Shown here in pieces: positions 8,826 to 19,017 of a DNA stretch of 39,527 nucleotides. Position 1 is the stretch's first letter. Every line of letters starts with the position of its first letter. This DNA is from Nitrospirae bacterium MYbin3 (GTDB lineage: Bacteria > Nitrospirota > Thermodesulfovibrionia > Thermodesulfovibrionales > Dissulfurispiraceae): NCBI GenBank assembly GCA_002753335.1, contig PEAD01000008.1:62001-101527 (forward strand), given 5' to 3'. A program made the position numbers and the translations under genes. The notes under the pieces are model-generated. The model was not told the origin of the DNA. It saw only the letters and a program-made list of their open reading frames with translations, and ran no database searches.

Positions 8826-9556
8826 TGAACCATACGCTTGAAACAAGAGGACTCTCAAGGCACTACGGCAAAAAAACGGTCGTAAAAGATGTAGCCTTGT
8901 CAGTTCATACTGGAGAGATTGTTGGCCTGCTGGGGCCCAACGGGGCGGGAAAGACCACCACCTTTTATATGATAGTCGGAATGCTCAAGCCTGACAGCGG
9001 CGACATTACGCTAGACAGCAGCGATATACGGGAGATGCCTATTTATCAGCGGGCAAAGATGGGGATAGGATACCTGCCTCAGGAGCCTTCTATTTTCAGA
9101 AAGCTTACTGTGAGGGAAAACATAAAGGCTGTGCTCGAGATAAAAGAAAACGGCAACGGCAAAAATTCGATAGATGAGACCGTTGAAAGAATCCTGGAGG
9201 AGTTCAGCCTTGGAGGGTTTGCGGACCGTGACGGATACAGGCTTTCGGGCGGCGAGAGACGGAGAGCCGAGATTGCGCGTGCTATTGCACTAAATCCGAC
9301 CTTTATGCTTTTTGACGAGCCATTTGCAGGAATAGATCCAATAGCGATAATAGAGCTTAAAAAAATGATGCTGTATCTAAAATCAAAAGGGCTTGGCATT
9401 CTCATTACAGACCATAATGTGAGAGAAACCCTGTCGATAACCGACAGGGCCTACATAATCAACAACGGATCGGTAATGGCCGAAGGCATACCCGAAAAGC
9501 TTATCGAAAATCCGGCAGTTAAAGAGGCCTATCTGGGCCACGGGTTTACACTCTAA
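8825..9556 (+). CDS. lptB: LPS export ABC ATPase
   Basis: GPNGAGKTTTFYM, GYLPQEPSIFRKL, LSGGERRR, DEPFAGIDP, ITDHNVRETL. Confidence 0.96.
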   Translation: MNHTLETRGLSRHYGKKTVVKDVALSVHTGEIVGLLGPNGAGKTTTFYMIVGMLKPDSGDITLDSSDIREMPIYQRAKMGIGYLPQEPSIFRKLTVRENIKAVLEIKENGNGKNSIDETVERILEEFSLGGFADRDGYRLSGGERRRAEIARAIALNPTFMLFDEPFAGIDPIAIIELKKMMLYLKSKGLGILITDHNVRETLSITDRAYIINNGSVMAEGIPEKLIENPAVKEAYLGHGFTL

Positions 9557-10989
9557 TGGCACTCGAAATCAGACAGGACTTAAGGCTAACCCAAAAGCTG
9601 GTGCTGACGCCTCAGCTCCAGCAGGCTATAAAACTTCTGCAGATGCCGCAGTTGGAGCTTTCGCAGATGCTTAACCAGGAGCTTACCGAAAACCCTTTTC
9701 TCGAGGAAGACTACGGTGAGAATGAGTTTGAATCGCCTCAGGAAACAGAATCTGAAGTCAGGGAAACTGACTACGACAATGCTGAAATGCCCTTCGAAAA
9801 CCTCTCGAGTTTCGATGTTGAGGACTATTTTGAAGAACGCAGCAGCGACGGCAGGGATTTAGGATATTTTTCGGCCGACGCTGAAGAGCAGCCGTCTTTC
9901 GAACTTTTTTATTCAAAAAAAGAAGACCTTTATGATCATCTGCTCTGGCAGCTAAGACTGATCAATGCTCCGGATAATATTCGAATGATTGCGGAGCAGG
10001 TAATCGGCAATCTGGATGATGACGGATACCTGAGGGCTACACAGGAAGAGCTGCTCGCCTTTTCGGGCTCTGACGACCAGACGATAAATGACGCTATTGC
10101 CCTTGTTCAGCAGTTCGACCCGGCAGGGGTCGCAGCCAGGAGCCTTCAAGAATGCCTGCTGCTCCAGATTAAAGCCATAAACCTGAGCGGCACGCTTGTA
10201 GAGAATATTGTGCTTAACAATATGGATAACCTGCAGAAGAAAAAATATCCCATCATCGCAAAGCAGTACGAACTGCCACTTGATGACATAATGATCGCGG
10301 TCAGGATAATCGAGGGTTTGGAACCCCGCCCCGGAAGGCTTTTTTCGAGCACAGATGTGAACTATGTTGTGCCGGATGTCTATATACACAAAACAGACAG
10401 CGGCTACCAGATTGTTCTTAACGATGACGGTATGCCCAAGATACGGCTGAACAACGGTTATAGGCAGCTGCTTACACGCAAAGACTCACTTACCAAAGAG
10501 GAGCGCGAGTTTCTCAAAGAAAAGCTGCGCCTTGCCACAGAATTGATCAAGAGCCTAGACCAAAGAAACAAGACTATCTACAAAGTAGCCGACAGTATTC
10601 TGCGCTTCCAGCAGGAATTCTTCGATTTTGGAAACTCGCAGTTAAAGCCGCTCAATTTGAAGGATGTGGCAGCCGATATAAGCATGCACGAAAGCACTAT
10701 AAGCCGGGTGACTTCCAATAAATTTTTAGCCTGCCACCACGGCATATTCGGCTTTAGGTTTTTCTTCAGCAGTGCTCTGCAATCCGATAACGGAGATGTT
10801 TCATCCACAATAGTAAAAGAGTTTATTAAAAAAACAATCTCGGAAGAAAATTCACAAAAACCTTTAAGCGACCAGGTCATAGCTGACAGGCTTAAAGCCC
10901 AAAATATTACAATAGCCCGGAGAACCGTCGCAAAGTACAGGGAAGAACTGAAAATCCCGCCGCAGAGCCAGAGAAAAAGCTACATCTAA
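9556..10989 (+). CDS. rpoN: RNA polymerase sigma-54 factor
   Basis: LTPQLQQAIKLLQ region I, MHESTISRV, RpoN box ARRTVAKYRE. Confidence 0.98.
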   Translation: MALEIRQDLRLTQKLVLTPQLQQAIKLLQMPQLELSQMLNQELTENPFLEEDYGENEFESPQETESEVRETDYDNAEMPFENLSSFDVEDYFEERSSDGRDLGYFSADAEEQPSFELFYSKKEDLYDHLLWQLRLINAPDNIRMIAEQVIGNLDDDGYLRATQEELLAFSGSDDQTINDAIALVQQFDPAGVAARSLQECLLLQIKAINLSGTLVENIVLNNMDNLQKKKYPIIAKQYELPLDDIMIAVRIIEGLEPRPGRLFSSTDVNYVVPDVYIHKTDSGYQIVLNDDGMPKIRLNNGYRQLLTRKDSLTKEEREFLKEKLRLATELIKSLDQRNKTIYKVADSILRFQQEFFDFGNSQLKPLNLKDVAADISMHESTISRVTSNKFLACHHGIFGFRFFFSSALQSDNGDVSSTIVKEFIKKTISEENSQKPLSDQVIADRLKAQNITIARRTVAKYREELKIPPQSQRKSYI

Positions 10990-11019
10990 AGAAAGCAGAA
11001 CAAGAAAAGGAGGATTATC

Positions 11020-11538
11020 ATGAAAATCGTTGTCAATGGCCGTCATCTTGAAGTGACACCGGCATTAAAAAGCTACGCAGAGGAAAAAATAGGGAAGTTC
11101 GAGAAATATCTTTCCAATATCACCGAAGCGACAGTAACTATCAGTGTTGAGAAGTATCGGCATAAGGCAGAAGTGCTCATAAAAGTGAACGGAGCTCTTA
11201 TACAGGCAGAAAGCGTTACCAGCGAGGTTTACTCTGCTATTGATGAGGTCGTAGAAAAACTCGAAAAACAGGTGGTCAAGTACAAGGAAAGACTCAAAAC
11301 CCACAGAAAAGTCGAGAAGCGCACTGTTGGAGAGGTTCATGAAAAACATACCGAACACGGCAGAATTATCAAGCACAAGCGCTTTGACATGAAGCCTATG
11401 GGCGCAGAGGAGGCTGTTCATCAGATGGACCTCCTTGATAAGGATTTTTTTGTTTTTGTAAATGATATAAGCGGCGACATAAATGTTGTCTATCGCCGCA
11501 AAGACAACAACTACGGCCTGATAGAACCGGTAAAATAG
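11020..11538 (+). CDS. hpf: Long-form ribosome hibernation promoting factor (RaiA/HPF)
   Basis: GRHLEVTPALKSYAEEKI, YSAIDEVVEKLEKQ, C-terminal KPM...EEA...INVVYRRKDNNYGLIEP; SD AGGAGG. Confidence 0.95.
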   Translation: MKIVVNGRHLEVTPALKSYAEEKIGKFEKYLSNITEATVTISVEKYRHKAEVLIKVNGALIQAESVTSEVYSAIDEVVEKLEKQVVKYKERLKTHRKVEKRTVGEVHEKHTEHGRIIKHKRFDMKPMGAEEAVHQMDLLDKDFFVFVNDISGDINVVYRRKDNNYGLIEPVK

Positions 11539-11546
11539 ATATTCCT

Positions 11547-12473
11547 GTGGGAGAGCCTGAGTCTGATATCACGAGCCCTTTGCCGTCAAATGGTGTCTGC
11601 TCCGGCTCTCAAAACATCCGTGTAAAAATCATCAGTGGGCTTTCGGGCGCAGGGAAAACGATTGCTCTGCGTGCGCTCGAAGATATCGGTTATTTCTGCA
11701 TAGACAATCTTCCGGCTAAACTTATAGAGTCCTTTCTTTTGACCGTAACCGCCGGCGATAAGATACGGAATATCGGGATCGGCATAGACATACGCGAAAA
11801 AGATTTTTTGGGCGATGCCTACCAGATTCTGGCCGGGCTTCGCGCGCTATACAGCATTGAGGTGCTGTTTTTAGAGGCCGAAAGCGAGGTGATGCTTCGC
11901 AGGTACAAGGAAACGCGCAGGCCTCATCCAATAATGTCCTTGAATAAGAGCATGAGCATGGACAAAGCCATAGAGGAAGAGAAGTCTTTTCTTGCATCTA
12001 TAAGAGAGTCGGCAGACAGAATAATAGACACAACCAACTACTCTCCGCATCAGCTCAGAAACATGATAACCGAGCAGTATGGAGGCTTGCGCACAGAACA
12101 GGCGATCAATATTACAATTATGTCTTTTGGGTTTAAGTTCGGCGCACCCCAGAATCTCGATCTGCTTTTTGATGCACGGTTTCTGCCTAATCCCTATTTC
12201 ATTCCTGAGCTGAGGCAGCATAAAGGAACCGACGATATTGTTGCCGAGTTCGTGCTTACGCAGGATGAAACAAAAGAATATTTGGAGCATATCACAAAGA
12301 TGCTCCGATTTTTGATACCCTGCTACATCAAAGAAGGCAGAGTGTATCTCGTTATAGGGATAGGCTGCACAGGAGGCAGGCATAGGTCTCCGGCAATCGC
12401 AGGACAGATATCCACGTTTATCGAAGAAAAACTTTTTTTAAAACCGACGCTCATTCACAGGGACATGGAGTGA
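11547..12473 (+). CDS. rapZ: RapZ/YvcJ P-loop nucleotide-binding protein (start uncertain)
   Basis: GLSGAGKT, IDNLP, RYKETRRPHP, SFGFKFG, DARFLPNPY, GCTGGRHRS. Confidence 0.93.
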   Translation: MGEPESDITSPLPSNGVCSGSQNIRVKIISGLSGAGKTIALRALEDIGYFCIDNLPAKLIESFLLTVTAGDKIRNIGIGIDIREKDFLGDAYQILAGLRALYSIEVLFLEAESEVMLRRYKETRRPHPIMSLNKSMSMDKAIEEEKSFLASIRESADRIIDTTNYSPHQLRNMITEQYGGLRTEQAINITIMSFGFKFGAPQNLDLLFDARFLPNPYFIPELRQHKGTDDIVAEFVLTQDETKEYLEHITKMLRFLIPCYIKEGRVYLVIGIGCTGGRHRSPAIAGQISTFIEEKLFLKPTLIHRDME

Positions 12474-13588
12474 TCTATTTAGACAACAACGCGACCACGC
12501 CGCTTGATAAAGAGGTGGCGGATGCGATGTCTGAAGCTTTTAGGTTTTTCGGGAATCCCTCCAGCACACACAAACATGGTGAAGCCGCAAAGGCAATTAT
12601 CGAGTCGGCACGCTGCAATGTCGCGACACTCATCGGTGCGTCTCCTCCTGAAATATTATTCACCTCCGGAGGAACAGAAGCAAACAACCTTGCTATAATC
12701 GGCACCGCCTACAGCCATGAAAAAGGCCATATAATAACCTCTTCTATAGAGCATCCTGCGGTTTTGAATCCTGTTAAATGGCTTGCTTCAAAAGGGTTCG
12801 ATGAAACAATTCTTGCGGTAGGTTCTGATGGGCGCGTCAACCCCGATGATCTAAGGCGGGCTGTTCGCAAAGACACTATTCTCATTACAGTCATGCACTC
12901 AAACAATGAGACCGGAGTACTGCAGCCGATTGCCGAAATAGCGGATGTTGCAAAAGAGTTTGGCATTCCCTTTCACACAGATGCAGCGCAGAGTGTAGGC
13001 AAGATGGCGGTAAGCGTCCAGGATTTTGGTGTTGGCATGCTTACAATAGTTCCGCATAAATTCTATGGCCCCAAAGGTTGCGGCGCCCTTTATATCAAAA
13101 ACGGCATTGAACTAAAACCTATACTCTTCGGTGCAGGGCATGAACGTGGGTTGAGGCCCGGAACAGAAAATATCATAGGCATAGCAGGGCTCGGCAAGGC
13201 CTGTGAGATAGCTGCGAGAGACATTTCTTGCCGCTATGATTATGCGAAAAACCTGCGCAATCTCTTGTACGGGCTGCTCAAAGAATCTCTCGATATGCAA
13301 TTAAACGGCCATGCTGATTTAAGGCTGCCTAACACACTGAATGCTTCGATAAAAGGGATCATGGCTGACGATATTGTCACCGCACTTAAAAACGAAGTCG
13401 CCTTCTCGGCAGGCTCTGCCTGCCATGCAGGGGTCAGGAACCCCTCGGCCGTATTGAAAGCGATGGGATTGTCCGATAAAGATGCTCTTTCATCAGTAAG
13501 GTTGAGCGTTGGCAAAGATAATAGTGAGGATGAAACAAGAGAAGCGGCAGCAAGAATTATCGCATATGTAAAAACAAAGTCCTTATGA
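12470..13588 (+). CDS. Group I cysteine desulfurase (IscS/NifS family)
   Basis: IYLDNNATT, FTSGGTEANN, HTDAAQ, PHKFYGPKG, SAGSACH; no scaffold gene adjacent. Confidence 0.92.
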   Translation: MIYLDNNATTPLDKEVADAMSEAFRFFGNPSSTHKHGEAAKAIIESARCNVATLIGASPPEILFTSGGTEANNLAIIGTAYSHEKGHIITSSIEHPAVLNPVKWLASKGFDETILAVGSDGRVNPDDLRRAVRKDTILITVMHSNNETGVLQPIAEIADVAKEFGIPFHTDAAQSVGKMAVSVQDFGVGMLTIVPHKFYGPKGCGALYIKNGIELKPILFGAGHERGLRPGTENIIGIAGLGKACEIAARDISCRYDYAKNLRNLLYGLLKESLDMQLNGHADLRLPNTLNASIKGIMADDIVTALKNEVAFSAGSACHAGVRNPSAVLKAMGLSDKDALSSVRLSVGKDNSEDETREAAARIIAYVKTKSL

Positions 13589-14592
13589 AAACCGAATATA
13601 TAAAAAAAGCTCTTATTCCTATACTCTGTTTGCTTCTGGGTGGTGCAGCAGGATTTATGCTTCGAGGAGTGTTGTCGAATAAGGACAAAGCTGTTGTTGA
13701 ACAAAGAGAAGCCGGTTACCGGTATATCAATCCTCTTCTTGAATGTGATACCACACGGAATACTATCCAGAACAAAGAACTATACGACTTTGAGCACGAT
13801 ATTGAAAATATAATAAAAAACAGGTTGGATAAAAATTGGGCAAAAAAAGTGTCTGTATATTTCAGAGAGCTCAATGATGGATTATGGTTCAGCATAGGTG
13901 AGCAGGAAAAATTCACCATAGCAAGTTTGCGCAAAGTCCCGATGCTGATCACTTTCCTAAAGAAGGCCGAATCTGACAAAAAAATACTCTTGCAGAAAAT
14001 ACGTTATACCTTGCAAACAAACTACAATGATTTGCAGGCAATAAAGCCTTCTCAGGTTTTGACGCCCGGACAGGATTATACGATAGAAGAGCTTCTTTAT
14101 CGCATGATAGTCTATTCTGACAACAATGCCTTCACCCTCCTGTCTTCTATTGTAGATGTTAAGGAACTCGATAAAACATATGAAGTGTTTGGCATCATCC
14201 CCCCCGGAACTAATATAGATGCCGACTACCGTTCTGTTGACTCATATGCATCTTTTTTCAAAATACTCTACAACGCCTCTTACCTAAGCAGGGATATGTC
14301 AGAAAAGGCGCTTGATCTGCTGGGAAAATCTGAATTCAGAGCCGGAATTTTGGAAGGAGTGCCCCAAAATATACTGGTAGCCCATAAATTTGGAGAGCAT
14401 TGGAACCCACAGAACAGCATAAAAGAGCTTCACGATTGCGGCATTGTGTACTATCCGGAGCATCCCTACCTTTTGTGCATAATGTCTATTGGCGAGAACT
14501 TTCAACTCCTTGATGATGCCATTGCATCAATATCAAAAAGCATATTTGTCCATGTAGATGAACAGCACAAAAAACATTACCCCAAAAAATAA
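13585..14592 (+). CDS. Class A beta-lactamase-related serine hydrolase with N-terminal TM/signal
   Basis: SxxK (ASLRK), SDN (MIVYSDN), HKFG at the KTG position, HDCGIVY. Confidence 0.8.
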   Translation: MKTEYIKKALIPILCLLLGGAAGFMLRGVLSNKDKAVVEQREAGYRYINPLLECDTTRNTIQNKELYDFEHDIENIIKNRLDKNWAKKVSVYFRELNDGLWFSIGEQEKFTIASLRKVPMLITFLKKAESDKKILLQKIRYTLQTNYNDLQAIKPSQVLTPGQDYTIEELLYRMIVYSDNNAFTLLSSIVDVKELDKTYEVFGIIPPGTNIDADYRSVDSYASFFKILYNASYLSRDMSEKALDLLGKSEFRAGILEGVPQNILVAHKFGEHWNPQNSIKELHDCGIVYYPEHPYLLCIMSIGENFQLLDDAIASISKSIFVHVDEQHKKHYPKK

Positions 14593-14625
14593 ATATATGC
14601 ATATCCTACGCGGGAGTGCATATAT
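14593..14625. terminator. Inverted repeat between convergent genes, possible terminator
   Basis: ATATATGCA (14593-14601) ... TGCATATAT (14617-14625); no clear U-tract. Confidence 0.4.
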
Positions 14626-14649
14626 AGCATGACGACTTTCGCTTTGCTT

Positions 14650-15948
<1,299 letters not shown>

Positions 15949-16017
15949 CTATCGTTATTAATCTTTTTACTGTATTTACGCACAAAACTCCCCTGTCGCA
16001 ATTATAAAAGACATGGA

Positions 16018-17595
16018 TTAAAGGTTTATTACCTTTATGTCAAGAATGTTTGGAAGCGCTTTAATCTCCTCAAGCACTTTTTCTGTGACAGGCGAGTCAA
16101 TATTCACTACCGATATAGCCATGCCTCCGGCATTTTTTCTTCCAAAATGCATCCGGGCAATATTTATGTTATTTTTGCCGAGAGTCATTCCTGTGTTTCC
16201 GATTACGCCCGGCTTGTCGTTGTTGTATATGACTAGCATCTGGCCTTCCGGTACAATCTCCACCGTGAAGTCGTTGATCTTTACAATTCTCGGATCTTTT
16301 TTGCTGAACAATGTTCCAGAAACAACCGTCTCTTTTTTCTTGGACTTTACCTTCATGGTGATAATGTTATGGTAGTCTCCGGCATCCGAGCTTTTGGTTT
16401 CCTTAACCTCTATGCCCCGTTCTTGGGCTATGACCGATGCATTAACAAAATTAACTGTTTCGAGCAGAATCGGAGAGAGAAGGCCTTTAACCGCGGCTAT
16501 GGTCATAGGAGCGATATTAAGATTCGAAACATCTCCGCGATATTCAAGTGTTATTTCGGTTATTGCCCCCTCCGCAATCTGTGATGCAAAGCCGCCGATT
16601 TTCTCGGCGAGCGAAATGTAAGGCTTCAGTGCAACAACCTGATCCGCCGGTATGGAGGGGAAGTTCACCGCATTTCTGATAGTGCCATGCACCAGATAAT
16701 CCACAATCTGCTCTGATACGGCTATAGCAACATTTTCCTGCGCCTCCTGTGTTGAAGCGCCGAGATGTGGCGTGCAGACCACTCTTTCATGCCCAACCAG
16801 CGGATTGTTTTCTGGCGGCTCTTTTTCGAACACATCAAGCGCTGCGCCTGCAACCTTGCCGCTTTCGAGAGCTTCGTACAGTTCTTTCTCGTTTATTATC
16901 CCACCGCGGGCGCAGTTGATTATATAAACGCCGTCTTTCATAGTGCTTATGCTTTTTTTGTTTATAACATTTTTAGTTTCGTTCGTAAGAGGTGTGTGTA
17001 CCGTAATAAAGTCCGCCCTTTTTATCAGCTCTGGTATCTCCATTTTTTCGACGCCTAGGCTCTTTGCCTTTTCCTCGCTCAAAAATGGATCGTAAGCGAT
17101 AACCACCATTCCAAGACCCTGAGCTCTTTTTGCGACTTCTGTGCCTATATTCCCGAGCCCGATAACTCCGAGAGTTTTATTGAAAAGCTCACTGCCCATA
17201 AATTTTTTCTTTTCCCACTGTCCTGCAGCCATAGAGGAGTTAGCCTGTGGAATCTTTCGAGCTATAGAAAAAATCATAGCGATCGTATGTTCCGCAGTTG
17301 TTATGGTGTTTCCGCCGGGCGTGTTCATAACCACTATTCCATGCTTGGATGCGGCAGTCTTGTCCACATTGTCAAGACCAGAGCCTGCGCGTCCTATCAC
17401 CTTAAGGTTTTTGGCAGCTTCGATTATATCCGCCGTAGCCTTTGTTGCGCTCCTTACTACAAGAGCATGGTACTCACCGATAATTGCCTTAAGCTCATCC
17501 GGCTTCAAACCTGTTTTTACATCCACCGAAAGCCCTGCACTTCTTAGAATCTCGATACCTTTTGGCGAAATATTGTCGCTTACCAAAACCTTCAT
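16018..17595 (-). CDS. serA: D-3-phosphoglycerate dehydrogenase (type I, ASB+ACT)
   Basis: GRAGSGLDNVD, GLGNIG, INCARGG, DVFEKEP, TPHLGAST, ACT domain DKPGVIG. Confidence 0.96.
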   Translation of the reverse strand: MKVLVSDNISPKGIEILRSAGLSVDVKTGLKPDELKAIIGEYHALVVRSATKATADIIEAAKNLKVIGRAGSGLDNVDKTAASKHGIVVMNTPGGNTITTAEHTIAMIFSIARKIPQANSSMAAGQWEKKKFMGSELFNKTLGVIGLGNIGTEVAKRAQGLGMVVIAYDPFLSEEKAKSLGVEKMEIPELIKRADFITVHTPLTNETKNVINKKSISTMKDGVYIINCARGGIINEKELYEALESGKVAGAALDVFEKEPPENNPLVGHERVVCTPHLGASTQEAQENVAIAVSEQIVDYLVHGTIRNAVNFPSIPADQVVALKPYISLAEKIGGFASQIAEGAITEITLEYRGDVSNLNIAPMTIAAVKGLLSPILLETVNFVNASVIAQERGIEVKETKSSDAGDYHNIITMKVKSKKKETVVSGTLFSKKDPRIVKINDFTVEIVPEGQMLVIYNNDKPGVIGNTGMTLGKNNINIARMHFGRKNAGGMAISVVNIDSPVTEKVLEEIKALPNILDIKVINL

Positions 17596-17654
17596 AACAC
17601 TACCTCCTTTTATTGGCTCCTCAATACAGAGTGAGCATTTGAGACTATTTGAAG

Positions 17655-18794
17655 CTATACCATCAAAAGTTCCTGAGCCTTGGCAACGCCTGTGCCCAGT
17701 TTAAGATTATATCCAAGCTCTTTCAAAACCATTTCTAAAGCCGCAATTCCGGTGATTACATCAAAGGTGTCTGCATAGCCCAGATGTGCAAGCCTGAAGA
17801 TCTTGCCCTTTGCTCTGTCCTGTCCGCCCGCTCCGGTTATGCCGTATTTCTCTCTAAGAATTTTATATATCTGCTGTCCGTCAACACCTGCAGGAGCTTC
17901 AATGGCCGTAACAGAATTGCTCGGGGATTCCTTGGAGTATATGCCGAGACCGAGCGCTTTTACAGCCTCCCTTGTAGCATTGGCTAACCGCGCATGCCTC
18001 TTGAAAACATTTTCGAGTCCCTCCTGCTGCAAAACCCTTATCGCTTCATTAAGACCGATTATGAGCGTAACAGCAGATGTAAAGTTGGTCTGGTTTTTGG
18101 CCAGGTTTTCCCTCTCTTTTTTGAAGTTGAAATAAAAGTGCGGAATCTTTGAGGTCTCGTTGCGCTTCCATGCCTTATCGCTTACGCTCACAAAAGCAAG
18201 CCCCGGAGGCAGCATCAACCCTTTTTGCGAACCGCCAACCACAATGTCTATACCCCATTCGTCGGTTCTTATATCTTCGGCAACTAGCGCGCTGATAGCG
18301 TCAACCACAAAGAGCGTGTTTTCGAACTTTTTTACAACACCCGCAATGCCTTTGATATCATGGTAAACACCGGTTGAGGTTTCTGTTGCCTGCACGAAAA
18401 CGCCTTTTATATCAGGGTCTTTTTTCAAGGCGCTCTCGACATGCTCCGGCTTTATGCAAAAGCCCCAATCAACCATAACCTCTTCAACTTTCAATCCATA
18501 TGACTGGCATATCTTTGTCCAGCGCTCACCAAATTTGCCGCCGTTCAAAACAAGCACCTTGTCGCCGGCATTAAAGAAATTGTTAACAGAGCCTACCATG
18601 CCGCCGGTGCCGGTAGAAGTAAGTATCAAAACATCGTTCTTTGTTTGGAAAAGCCATTGGAGTCCCTTCTTGGCCGAATCAATAATTGGAAGGAAATCGG
18701 GCGCCCTGTGATGAATCATAGGCATTGCCATAGAAAGAAGCACCTCAGGCGGAACAGGTGTGGGCCCGGGAGCCAATAAATAACGCTTTAACAT
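17655..18794 (-). CDS. Class V PLP aminotransferase (AGT/SPT family), probable phosphoserine aminotransferase by context
   Basis: LLAPGPTPVP, ETSTGV, VDAIS, GGSQKGLMLPPG, GGQ...FRLAHLG; directly upstream of serA. Confidence 0.88.
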   Translation of the reverse strand: MLKRYLLAPGPTPVPPEVLLSMAMPMIHHRAPDFLPIIDSAKKGLQWLFQTKNDVLILTSTGTGGMVGSVNNFFNAGDKVLVLNGGKFGERWTKICQSYGLKVEEVMVDWGFCIKPEHVESALKKDPDIKGVFVQATETSTGVYHDIKGIAGVVKKFENTLFVVDAISALVAEDIRTDEWGIDIVVGGSQKGLMLPPGLAFVSVSDKAWKRNETSKIPHFYFNFKKERENLAKNQTNFTSAVTLIIGLNEAIRVLQQEGLENVFKRHARLANATREAVKALGLGIYSKESPSNSVTAIEAPAGVDGQQIYKILREKYGITGAGGQDRAKGKIFRLAHLGYADTFDVITGIAALEMVLKELGYNLKLGTGVAKAQELLMV

Positions 18795-18857
18795 TTTACC
18801 TCCAGCTTTTTGATTAGCTATAAAGATTACCTGTCATGCAAAAATGCACGAGCGGAT

Positions 18858-18887
18858 ATTTTAATATAAGTTCAATATTCAGGGCAA
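18858..18887 (-). promoter_or_regulatory. Putative sigma70 promoter for aminotransferase-serA
   Basis: Minus strand TTGCCC-N18-TAAAAT. Confidence 0.4.
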
Positions 18888-18950
18888 ACGCAATATGCGA
18901 TGCTGGTACAATATAAGGCTGGATTTCTGTAGTGAATTATGTGCATTCCT

Positions 18951-18980
18951 TTGAAAAGCTGTTGCTGATAGGGTTAAACT
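18951..18980 (+). promoter_or_regulatory. Putative sigma70 promoter for selA
   Basis: TTGAAA-N18-TAAACT, 37 nt upstream of the ATG. Confidence 0.45.
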
Positions 18981-19017
18981 ATCCGGGCGCAACTATCTGA
19001 AGGGAAGGTAACGGATT

